A program made the position numbers and the translations under genes. The notes under the pieces were generated by a model. It ran no database searches. It saw only the letters and a list, made by a program, of their open reading frames with translations, and was not told the origin of the DNA. Below, piece after piece: positions 36,801 through 48,800 of a stretch of 64,000 nucleotides of DNA (positions are counted from its first letter, which is position 1; every line of letters begins with the position of its first letter). The stretch lies in NCBI GenBank assembly GCA_905178155.1, contig CAJINV010000005.1, positions 1,514,438 to 1,578,437 on the forward strand, written 5' to 3'. The DNA is from Amoebophrya sp. A120 (lineage: Eukaryota > Protista > Dinoflagellata).

Positions 36801-39800
36801 AGATGTTCCTCCACCTCCTGAGTAGTTCTTGTCCACACCAACAGCAGAAGCAAGTTCTGCTAAAACATCCTCCTCGTCAACCTCAGTCACCCGCCCCGGC
36901 CAGTCTTCGATGTCCTCCAGAATTACCGGGATATCGATGATATCGTCCGGATCCATCACCGACACCAAGCACTCGACCTGGAGACCCGTTTCTTCCTGCT
37001 TCACGGTCGTGACTCGATACTCCCTCATGATTTCTCCGTCGTCGTCGAAAACCTTAGGTGGTTCTTCGTCCTCGTCGTCCACAACAGCGGCGACTAACTC
37101 CGGAAGGTCCTCTACCACACTGGCTTTCAGCAAAACATTCGCGCTCCATTCGGACAGCCTTTCTACGTTTTCCGGGTCTTGTACGAACGACTTCCGGTCC
37201 TCCGGATCAAGTTGCTCGACAACCGAAACCACGGATTCCAACCAGTCAGACAATCGTTTCGAGGCGCGGGCTTCGAAATTTTTCTCACTGTCGACGCCGT
37301 CGATCATGGATTTCATTCGGGACTCGATCTGGAGTTCAATTTTTTCCGGCGGCGGTGGAGGTGCTGGTTGGGAAATCCTCAAAGATTCCAGTTGTTCCTC
37401 CGAAATTTGCGACTCTTCAAAACTCAACCGATTTTCCAGATAGTCCACGATTGCGGTTTGTAAAACCTGCTTCTCCTCCGCGGTCGGCTCAGACAAAGAG
37501 ACAGACCTGGATTTTTTATTTCTATCCTTCAATCCGCTTTTGTAGCGCCGGCGCATCCGCTCCTCCAGAGTGGATCTCTTGTTTTTCGCAGGGGCCAGGA
37601 TCTTCGTCGCCCGGGGGACAAGGACGTCCAGGCCGGTTTGCAGCAGCTCTGGCTCCTTTTTCTCTTCTCTTACCGTTACAACCTCTAGTGCCTATCCAGG
37701 AAAAAACACCCATCCACATCCAATTTGTCATGCAAAACATGCATAAAATCCACTTATTTTTCATGCAAAAAATGGATGGGGATGGGTCTTTTTTCCTGGA
37801 TAGTGCCGGCGCTGGTACGATTGCTGCCAGCCGCTCCAGTCTTTCCACGTCAATTTTCGTTGCAGACGATCTGATGAATTCCGGCACAACGATAGAGCAT
37901 TTTGCAGTCGCGTTTGATGTCGTCTTCTTGGAGGCAATTTTTCCACTTGTAGTTCCATCGGCATCGTCCAAAATGACGAATAGGAAATCACCGTTGCAGA
38001 TAGGCAGCTTCTCCCCGTTGGAACTCAAAACGGAGGGAAAAAGATCGCCTTTCAGTTGCACCAGTTCGTCTTCGGTGACAAACCTGCTTTCTCTACTCGG
38101 CTGGTTCACCAGAATCCGGTTTGCGGCAAGCTCAGACCGCGTGATGTCGCCAGGGATAGCTCTAGAAGCTATGTTGATGTGTGGTCTTGATGCCGCGCCG
38201 AATGTGCTATCCGTATCTTCTCGCACAGCTGCTGCACCGGCGGAGCTCGACTTTGTAATTATAGCGGGTGTCGAAGAGAAGGACGCAGTCGTACCAGGGT
38301 TTTTACCACCAGCAACTTCTGGCGATGTTGAGGACATTGTGGCTGCGGCGTTGCAGGGCAGCAAGTGGAACGAGTCGTCTGAAATTCCCTTCACCTGCAT
38401 TTCCGCGACTCCAAAAACCTGAGTTGCGGTGGAGGACGTCCTGCGTACCAAACCAACCGACCCGTCGCACTGCCGAACTAAAACCTGATCGCCGACAGAT
38501 TCGAGTTTCAAATCCAGGCAAACTCCCGTCTCCGGATTCAAAATCGAAAAAGCGGCGGTTGCCTCGTCGATCTTGTGGTGCTCTAAATGCCCGGCATCGA
38601 CTGCGGGAATGATGTCGCCGTTGAGAATCGGGGTGCGGTTTTTGAAATCTAGTTTCGCTGCGCGATAGGACGCCGCCGATCCCCCTTCGTCACCCCCAAA
38701 GCCTTGGTAGCAAAACGGGAAAAGCACCTCGCCCGTTGTGGTGCTGCGAAAAACCCGGTCGCCAAGAGAGACTGGAGCCGTGAGGCCGTCCTTGGTCGTG
38801 ATGAAAAGAGAAGGCTCGGCTTTACCAGTACTTGATGTCGGGCTAGCAACGTTCATATTGCCGCGACTACGGTCTTGTCTCTCGCTGCTCTTAACAGGCT
38901 TGTACACCAATGCGTTCTGCGCCAGCAAGTCCAAATCATGGTCCAAAAATTCCTTCACGTCTGTGCAGTAGGTCTGAAAGTCCTTTTCCAAAGCGTGCGG
39001 CACGGGAAATTTTTCGCTTTTGAACTGCTCTTGGAGGTACAGAAGGGCTTTAACTCGGCACTTCTCGTCGTCCGTTGTTTCAATTGAGTTGTCCATGCGG
39101 CCGGCGGAAATCGCAGTCGAGCTGCGTGAGCTCAACGCCAAAGCCTCGGCGCGAAGGTTGTTCTTTTGTTGATTCAAATCTTCATCAACTTCCAAATCTT
39201 CTCTTGCACTTGCCCGAATACCGAGATTATCCGCAAACGCACTCTTCGCATTACCACTCGCCAAGTTATGGTCGTGGGGTACCGCCCGGGTGATGTAGGA
39301 CGACGGGTTCATATTGTTTTTCGACATTCTACTACTTCCTGGCAGCTTCTGCGGTCTCTTCGATTTCTCGACAACTTCTTCCCGCACGACAGTTGCTGTC
39401 CCCTGTCTCGCGTCGATAAACAACAACACGTATCCTGTGCAAAAGTATCGCACTCGTACTAATTGCAGATATGCATGACAAATCCAACTTTCTACCTGAA
39501 ACAGCATCACAAGTTGCATTTTTGTTCTTGGGAAAATTTGTAATGCAATTTATACTAGTACGATACTTTTGCAATGCATAACACGCCATGAAAGCTGACA
39601 ACTTGGTCGTGGGTGATTGTTCTCCATTTGTACTCGGTTTCGTCTTCGTAAACAACTTTCCAGATATTATTTGCTGATGAAAGACCAGCAGTAGAAACAA
39701 GCAACGCCAGATCCGTCACTTCCCGGACAATCCTATTTGCGCTGCTCGGCCGGAAGTTCAGTGATTTCGTGATCGCTAAGTCCGGCAAAGAACCGATGTA

Positions 39801-42800
39801 CTCCCCGTCTGTCTTCCTCCCAAAGAATCGCCCACCCTCGTGTTTCAAGGGAAGCGTTTCTACCGCTTTTGCAAACTGCTGCACCGTCAAAACGGTCAAA
39901 TTGGAATTCACGTCCTTCAACACCGCATTGACATGACTCCGCTTCCTCGACACTTCCAAAATTAACAACTCCGTCCTGTGTGCGCGCAGGGCGTGTTTTT
40001 CTGCCGCTGCCTGGAATAGGGCCAAAACAGCTCTTTCGCCTGCAGCTCTTCTGCTTGAAAATCTCTTCGTGTTTCGACCCTTCTCGATGTCCGCGAGGCG
40101 TAGCGAGTTGTGGTGTGAAGATGAAGCAGGTTCTTTACTCGATGTACTAGTTGCATCAGTCCCCTTGCTTGCAACTGCTATCCCTGCGTCCTTCAAAGCC
40201 AGTAGCCGCAGGCCATACTTCCTTGAACTCCGCGCCCTACTTCGCCGGATGGTCTCGTTTAGGCTTTCCAGAAACCAGGCGCCATCCTTGACGCCTTTGG
40301 ACAAGACCGTGCCCTCCGGCAAGTTGCGGAAGATGTCGCCGTTTTTGTCGACCAAGCAGACCGAGCCGTCTGCTTGCTGGATATTACAGTGAAAAGTGCC
40401 CCCCACCCCCAAAGTTGCAAAAATTTGTGATGCGAAGCTTCCAAATGAAAACCTTTTGTCATGCATGAAAGGAGTATGAATCTTTTTGATGCAGAGTCTA
40501 GTCGTGTTTCGCATCGCTTGCATGACAAGCGCCGCTCTTGCTGGGATCTTTTGCAATACAAATTGTTGCTATTCACGATCGGAAATCTGTGATGCTGATA
40601 CATGCAAGAGGGGGAGTGTTTCATTTGGAAAGGTTTGCAATACAAATGCTTTCAAGTTCGGGGGTGGGGGCATTTTTCATTGTAATACTGGAGCACCTGG
40701 TTTCTCTCCAGCGGTTTCACTTCGCCGAGCCGCGTTTCGATGACGTATTTCGACTTGTTTTTGGTCTTCTCATCGTCGTACACGTTGTTCAGAATGTTCC
40801 CGAGCAGGACCCTTTCCGCGAGCCCGTTCTCCAAAGATTGCAGGATGAAAGTCCCGTCTTGCAGTCGCCTCAGGGTGGTCTTCGTGACTTTGTCCTCTTC
40901 GATCTCCTTGTCGGTGAGCAGAAAATCGTTTTGTTCAGCCAAAAGTAAATCCGCTGTGTCTCGGGTTCTGTAGGTCAGTGCGTCCAGCAGCGTGCGGCTT
41001 CTGGTAGGGTCAAAATGATGATCTTGGTTCATCTGTTCAGTCGAAGATAAAGATGTTGAGAAGGAACCACCTCCAAAGTCCAAACAACGAATGCTGTTTC
41101 CAACGATGTTCAAAAACCTCGCATGCAGCGCGACGTTTTTTACCCAGCGCTTCACGGCCCGGCGTTCAGTATCCGTTCCGGTCAACAGCACCTGCTCGCT
41201 GAACACCCCCGAGCGAAGGTATTGGGGTAAGACCACCCCGCTATCCGTTCCCCCACGGCGCAATACCCAGTCCCCGGGCAACGCCGGGACCAAAATCCCC
41301 GACCGGAGCGCGTAGGCCGCCCCGTTGCCGTCGGGAAGAAGGATCAATTCGTCGCATTGTCTCACCGGACGGGTGAGGCCTCTGGCGTCCTCTAACAGGA
41401 GTTCGATCCTGCCACTCGATTTCGGGTTGAACTTCGGCTTCGCGTATCGCACGCGTTTAACCGCTCCGGTGAAGCAGCTGATCGTGACAAGGGAGCCGTC
41501 CGCGCGCTTCACGAGCTGCTCCTCCGAAAGAGGGACGAAATTCACGAAGTCCGTAACCCCGGTGACAGTGATAGCAGACGACTTCGTCCGCCGCAGCGCA
41601 GCCTTGGTTTCATGTTCATCCCCTTCATCGCTCCCGTCCATGAGGGTTGAGGTTCTTTCTTGTTCAACTGCAACACTAGAGTTCTTGTCAACTCGCCGGA
41701 GGTCCACCTCTCCCTCTTTCCGCTCCACGAGCACCAAGGTTCCGTTACTCTGGCGCACGAAAAAATCTTGAAATTTCGTGTCATGCTCCCGCGCATCAGT
41801 GACCAGATCCATCACCGACATCTGCAGACTCCCCCGCGTGTTCACCACGATCATGTCGAAGGCGTGGACGTTTGATATTTCATCCGCTTGCTTTCTACTC
41901 ACCGTCGAAACCGAACTCTTCAAATCCGGGCTCAGCACCGGGATCAGGTCCGCTTCGCTTTTCGGCAGAAGCAAGTTTTCGAACAACTCGCTTTCCGCAC
42001 GGAGCGGGAAGTAGTTCACATCCAGGTTTCCGTAGAAATTTCGGAATTCCCGGATTCGGTTGAACATGGAGACAAAACACGTGTCCGCGTTCGCGGTGTA
42101 CTCAAACGGGAACACGATAGAATCGTCCGATTTCCGGCGGAATATCCAGGAAAAAAGCTGTGTTAGTGTAAGTCCTTTGGGAAAAGAACAGCATCACAAG
42201 TCTGTCTGCCATGACAGGAAAAACTTGTTATGCGCACATAGCTAGGAAGGGAAAACAAATAGGAAGCGAGCCGATCATGCATGTCGAGCATGACAAGTGT
42301 AGCTGTTTTGCAATTTCTGCATCACAGATTTACACTTAGACTTACACAATTAATTTTTTTCTTGCATACGGAAAACGCGAGCGTTATTATTTGGAACACA
42401 AACCGCGTACCCACGAGGCGAGATGACGGAGATTTGCCCGGTCAACGCGTTCTGGACCAGCAGGGACTGGTAGATTGGCGTGGTCAACGCGTTCTCGGGG
42501 AAAAGCAGCTGATATCTACTCGTGCCGGCAGCGGAATTGCTCCGATACGGCAGGCGCTGAATGATTGCGCGGGGAATTATCCTTTTTCGCGATGAAGAGG
42601 TCGTGCGACGAGGAGGATCAGACGAAACCAACTCTGGAGAAGATACAGCAACGTCGGCTCCTGCGCCGACAGGAACGGCTTCCGCAAGGTTGTTGCTTCC
42701 ATCAACTACCACCGTTTCCTCCTGCACCTCGACCACGGTTTGCAATCGCACGTCGACGAAAAACAGACGACCCGTGTATTCGCTTTCGACGATTTCGCTA

Positions 42801-45800
42801 TGGATGAAGGGCATGGAGATGTTGTGCTCGTTGATCGGTTCATCTTCGCGTTCGTTTTTTTTCTTCTCTGATTCCCGTTGCTCCTTTCTCGGCACGAAAG
42901 CCAAAACCCCCTCGGACAGGCAAACTCTCCCCACTCGCAACGTCGTCAGCTCCCCACAGTAGGGATTGAACCCTGGGTGCATCGGCGCTGTCAGAAAATC
43001 CGACAGCAAAACCTCCAATTCCGGCGCCTCGGCGCTCTTGAAAACCCGGTCGTGGACACTCGCACGCGCTAACTCGACAGAAATACGAGTGGAAGTGGAA
43101 GTCGGAAAACCTCTGGTCAGTTTTTCTTCCTCTACTTCTTCTTCTGTATCGACCGGAGCTTCCACTGATTGGACGGAGTCCATGTGCAGATCAGTAGCCT
43201 GCTCGAGGAGCTCTTCCAGCTCTTCTGTGAGTCTGGTTTGCTGTCTTTCTTTGGGTAGTTTTTTGTCCTTCGCGCGTCTTGTCATGGCTTTTCTTTCCAA
43301 CAGCCGCGCACCGCGCAGGATTAGGGTTTGGGACAGCCGCTGGTGAGCGGGTATCGGCTCAACGACAGCCGCAGCAGCGGCGTCATCACCCAATGTCACC
43401 CGAATTGTTTTCTTCTCCTTGAAATCACCGTCTAAGTCATCTTCATCATGCGCCGTTATTTCATCTTCCGGATCTTCTGCAAGAGCAGGCACTTGCTCCG
43501 CCCCGGTGCTAGTAAGTTTTTTCCGCTGTAAAAGAGCAGACCGACGGCGCAGTCTGTTACTCGCGTCGTCTAGCATTTGCACAGCGGAATCCAAGTAAAC
43601 CTTTCGCACGAGCGCGGATTGCCGTTCCTCTTTCGGTTTGAGACTTTCCCGGATGGCACTGTGTCGTTTTTTCTCCTCGGTCACCGCTTCGACAAAGGTT
43701 TCCCTAACGATAGAATCTTCTTCGCTTGTTTTCAGCTCCTGCGCCAAATCCTCCGCTCCAAGGAGAAAAAGTGTGCGGGAAACTAGTTCGGATTGCCGCT
43801 CGCTCGGTAACCGAATAGCATCTTCGTCCACATTTATGTCCTCATCCCCGACAAAAGCTAGCAGATCCTGCGACGGCGGCATTTCGATCCCGAGACTGTC
43901 TTCGATTTCTTTTCTGATGCTTTCCTCCGCGGCATCCAGCTTTTCGTGCCTCAGTTGCAAATCCCGGTACCCCTGTTTGTACAGTCTGCGCATGATCCGC
44001 TCGTGCACGCTGTCGAACCGGTGCACGGAACTTTTCTTCGACGAGGCCAAACTCCGGGATTTCACCGCCAGCACCTGAAACTCGATCTCGCTCAACCGCA
44101 AGCTGGACTGTCTCGCGGACTCTATTTTGTCTTGTTCATCCCCGGGGAACATCATGGAGCTGGCTCTGGTGCTTCTAGGTTGAAGTTGTTCCATCTGTTC
44201 CTCTGTGTTGAAATCAGACGCGAAAGACAAGTCGACCTCAGAAACGATCTCGGAGGCGAGTTTCCGCAGGTAAATCTTCCCCGCGATGCTGGGCAACGCG
44301 TACTTTTCGTGCTCCATCTCGCTCGTCAAAAGGTGCTCGAAGTCCAAGGGCGGAATGGACGGGACTGCAGATGCTTTGAAGACCAGGCTATCCGTTCTAG
44401 AACCGCCGCTCTCGCGAATGTAATCTTCATCCTCCCGGCCCCCGCCGTCCTGCAAAGCCGGCGAAACGCGGATGGCGCCGGACACTTGTCTGTTCTGACT
44501 GTGCCTGCTGCTGATCCGCCCCTTGGAAACCAAACCCGTTTCGCCGGAAGGTAGTTTCTGCACTTCCGTCACGTCGATTGACTGTAATTTTTCAAAGTGG
44601 ATCAATGGTTTCCAGGCAGAAACGTGGATTTCTTCTGACGTCGTCTTCCGTGCTGGTGGAACTTGCTGGCCTGCTACTTCTTCGGACGAAGCATCTGTGT
44701 GGTCATGTTCTGTGCTGGTTGTCTCCCGGTCTGAATCAAATTCTCGAATCCAGGAAGCCAAATTCCTCGTCGACCGGCCCTGGTCGTCTGTGACGGAAGT
44801 ATTCCCTGAAAATTAGCCATCCCCATCCACTTTTTGCATGAGAAATACAGAAGCTCATACAAGTTTTGCATGACAAATAATTGGATGGGGATGCTTAATA
44901 ATTTTCAGGGGATAGGAAGAATGCGCGTCTACCACCGAGCTACGGATAAAGTCGATCAGCTCCATAGTTGGTCGGTAGTTCTCTGGCAGTTCTTTATTTT
45001 CCTTCTCGTTGTTATTTAGACTTTCGAGCATGTCCTTCACGATCGAGGTGACAAAATCCCGGATCCACGCGGCCAGCTGCTTGTCCGCCTCGGAAGTTAA
45101 TGACAGTCTTTCTCTGTCTGTTAACACGGGTCCGCTGGTGCCTTCATTTCTTATCCTTTGTCTCTCCAGTTCCGCTTGCAGTTCTAAATTTCTCAACGCG
45201 TCGAAAACAATGACCTTGTCGATCACGAAGTCGGACGGCTGCAGCTCATCCCGCACGATCATCCTCATCATCTTCCCCGGATCCCTTTCGGTTTCGATGT
45301 TCCGCCGGACCACTTTTTTCACCAGATCCCGACCCCAGTTCGCGAGCCAGAGGTCGTTCACTTCCATCAAATATCAAATGTAAAAATGTCTGGGTCTGGA
45401 AGAATGCAACTTGTGATGCTGAATTTGGATTCCAAAAAAATCTATATTGCATGAGCAGCAAAGGGAATGCAATTTTTGCTACGCGTAGAGGGCATTTGTC
45501 ATGCGGAATAGGCATCGCGAAGCCCTCAAAAAATCTGTTATGCTAGGGCATGCATCACAGACATCATGGCCAATGCAAAACATGCATGACAAGTCTCAGA
45601 ATCTTCCAGACCCAGACATTTTTACATTTGATATCAAATTCTTCAACAGAGTTTCGGGGTCCACGTCGGTAGCCAGGAGAAGCTCGGACAGAGTCCGCTG
45701 TAAGCTATGCTCCAGATTCTCGTCCCGAGCGAGAAGCCAATCAAACGCTGTTTTCTCAACGAGATCGACTTTGTCTTTGACGGCTTTCTCGAGAATCTTC

Positions 45801-48800
45801 GTGTACCCCGCTCGGGACCGCCGGACTTTTTGCTTTTCCTCCAGAAGTGCCGAGGCGCGGACCGCGGAGATAGTCCTCGGTTGCTTCATCTCGGCGCACC
45901 GCAGGAACTTCGGGATCACGAGGGAACGGTCAGTGAGTTTTCGGTACACCCAGTCTCCGTGGCGGGCGGGTGCGGTTTCCTGGGATTTGGGGAAGACAAA
46001 CACCAGCTGGTTCGCCATGCCGCTTCCAACAGGCTGTGCAAGAACTCCGTTAGTGGAAGTTGTATTTCTGTTTGGGTTCTTGTTGATGACGCCTCCGGCG
46101 CCTGTTCTCGGCAAATCGCTCGACAACCAGACGAGAGTGGGCGTTGTCAAAACGATCCGGGTTTTCAGGGAACCATTCTCAACAGCGCTCGTCCTTCTAT
46201 CCGTGTAATTACTCATGGCCGTCGCCACACCCGCACCTCCGTGCAGAAGATGTCTTCTGTTCTTCATCTGCGCGGTCCGATCCGGCGGAGTGAGAATCGC
46301 TGTTTTGGTGTTCGGACGGAAAGAGATAGCGCCACGCAGAATTGGTGTCCTAATCCCGGTTCGGGTCACTAACGCGGGCGCTTGCCCCTCGTAAAACAGG
46401 ATTTGCTCCTCGATTAGCGGCGAAATGCGGCTTCCTTGGTCCCACACCGCAAAAATGCTGCCGTCGGACTGCCGCAAGATCTTCGGAGTATCCGTCGCTG
46501 AGTTGGGCTGCGCCTTCGTCTTTTGGCTGTGCAGATTTCGGATGTGCATGTTGTAGTAGAAATTGCAAGTACTGCTACCGTCGGAAGCTACTTTCTTGTC
46601 CGAGCCTTTACCGGCGACTTCGGCGTCGAGATCTGCTGCCTCTTGTCCTGCTCCTGCAGCACCGCTGTTCATTGCTAAAGTAGCTCTACCTGCAGCTGCT
46701 TCCTCCACGTCATCAGCTTTGTTCCAATCCACCTGTCGCAGAAACCGGAGCCACGCGTCCATTTTGGCTACAGCAGCGGTGTGGTCCCTGCTTTCTTCTG
46801 TGTCATCTTCGGTTGGCGTCCTATCAAAATTTTCCATCACCACAAGGTCACCTTCGGAAACAGTCGCTGCGCCGCGGAAATAGAGTGGAGCGGACATTAA
46901 CGCGTTGCGTGTGCTGCTATTCAGCAGGGCTGTCGTCGCAATGACTGACTTTCCTCCACCCTTCTGCACCACGACACTTTTCCCAGCACCAGCACCACCT
47001 CCACCAAGACCCCTTCCTTTGGCAGCACTTTTCAAATTCGGCGCCACTGGTCGGAACATCACCTTTGGCGCTGAGTAATCGTAAGGGAACAGCGGGATCC
47101 GCGCATTTTCCTCATTCTCAACAAAGTACACGTAGTCTCCGTCGTGCAGGGATGCCGTCACACCCGAGGGCAGAACCATACCGACCCAGTCATCGGCCTC
47201 TCTGGTGCACAAAACCGCATCGACAACCGGGGTGGAGTTGCCGCTCGGACCAATGAGACCAACGCCGGTTTGATTTTTCAGAAGGAGAAAACGGTCGACG
47301 ACCTGTAGTTTAGAATTTTGTGGTGCATTTTTCGTTTAACGTAAGCGAGGGGGCCGGGGCAGACGAGCAAGAACATATTAAAAGAATCGCATTTCGTTGT
47401 TGTCGCAAATGAAGATGAAAGATACTCTAGACCAACTGCCTAGCAACTGCAACGCCGGAGGAGGAAAACACATTCACATGATCGGACCAGCTCCTACAAA
47501 AACTCGAAGACAAAGTAGATGTAGATGCAGTGACAAGCAGTGTTCGCGGATGTTGAAAATAAATATAAATTTTCATTTTGATCGTAGTACTACTTCTAGC
47601 TTTTTTAGTACGTACCGGAATCACGGTCTCCACCCCCGTTTTTTCGTTTCTCGTCATTTTCCGCATGTTCAACATTTTTCCCGCCCCCGCTACCACCGCA
47701 TGATCCGCCTTCCTCGAAACGATCCTTTCCGCGTGGACTTTTTTGATTTCGTTTTTCCAGTTCAGATAGATCAGCTGCCCGGAGGCACGCCGCAGCAGCT
47801 GGTTCCTGGCAACATCAATTGGAAGGACGTCCCCCGTCTGCAGGTCGACAATCGAAATTTTCGTCTCCAGCGTCTCGGTATCGATGACTTCCTCGATTAC
47901 GTCCGCGTCGCGAATGGAAATCTCCGCGGACAGCGGTCGAAAAACGAGGTTGTCGAGCTGGGAAGCGAGCCTTTCTTCGTCCTGAATACTCCCGGGTTGA
48001 AACTCAAAAGCGTGGCGCAGGAGGTTGTTCTTTGTCGGTTTCGAATTGGACAAAATTGTGCTGCTAGAAATTTGTTTGTCGTCAGACTGCTTGCTTTGGC
48101 TTTCCCGCTGGAACAAATCTGGCATGACCACTTTCACCGTGGTTCTCCGGCCCTCTTCGTCCCGTTCTTCGAGAATGTCCTCGATTTTCGCGGCTAAAGT
48201 CTTCTGTTCATGTTCCGCCCTCACCTCGGTGTCTGTACTGTAACCGTCGTCGTGAAGATCTTGATCTTCACGACCTGCTTCTTCGTTGACACCTGAGGCG
48301 GAGGACGATAATTTCTCTTGCTCCTTCGGTCCTCTGACGTTCACGAACATATCACTAGACTTTGCGAAAACTTTCAAACTGCAGCCGACATTCAACGGGC
48401 GAGAAACCGCTCCACCAGCGCCAACGGCAAACGCACAAAATTTATCGCGTTTCGTGCTCCTTCGGTTTTTTTTGTCAGCATTATTTTCCAGCAGTTTCCT
48501 TCCGCCAAGGACGATCTGCGCAATGTCCGTGTTCTCGTCGTCCCCTACCGTTTCTTTGTCCATCATGAAGACGCAAGACAGCAGACTGCTCCCACTCACG
48601 CCGCTGTTCCACAGCTGCTTGCGCTGTTTCCGCAGCATCCTTGCCCCGTCCGTTACGTCCCCGATCGGCCAGAAGAGACCGGTTGCTTTGTGGATCAGAA
48701 GCAAAGCCGAATTGGACGAAACGAGGAGGAAATCCTGTTGCTTCTGCAGCTTCTCCTCCGGGGAGGCGAAGACCGCGTCGGTGGTCGTTAAAAGCTGCTC

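Noticed and set aside
14802-44554. Many long plus-strand ORFs (e.g. 19081..20328, 17239..18258, 37058..38422)
   Set aside because: Antisense shadows of the E/R/K-rich minus-strand gene (Ser/Phe/Leu/Cys-rich, no motifs).
6253-45633. Recurring peptide 'LPDPDIFTF' / 'KCKNVWVWK' in many ORFs, suggesting a protein family
   Set aside because: It is the translated TIR of introner family A, not a protein domain.
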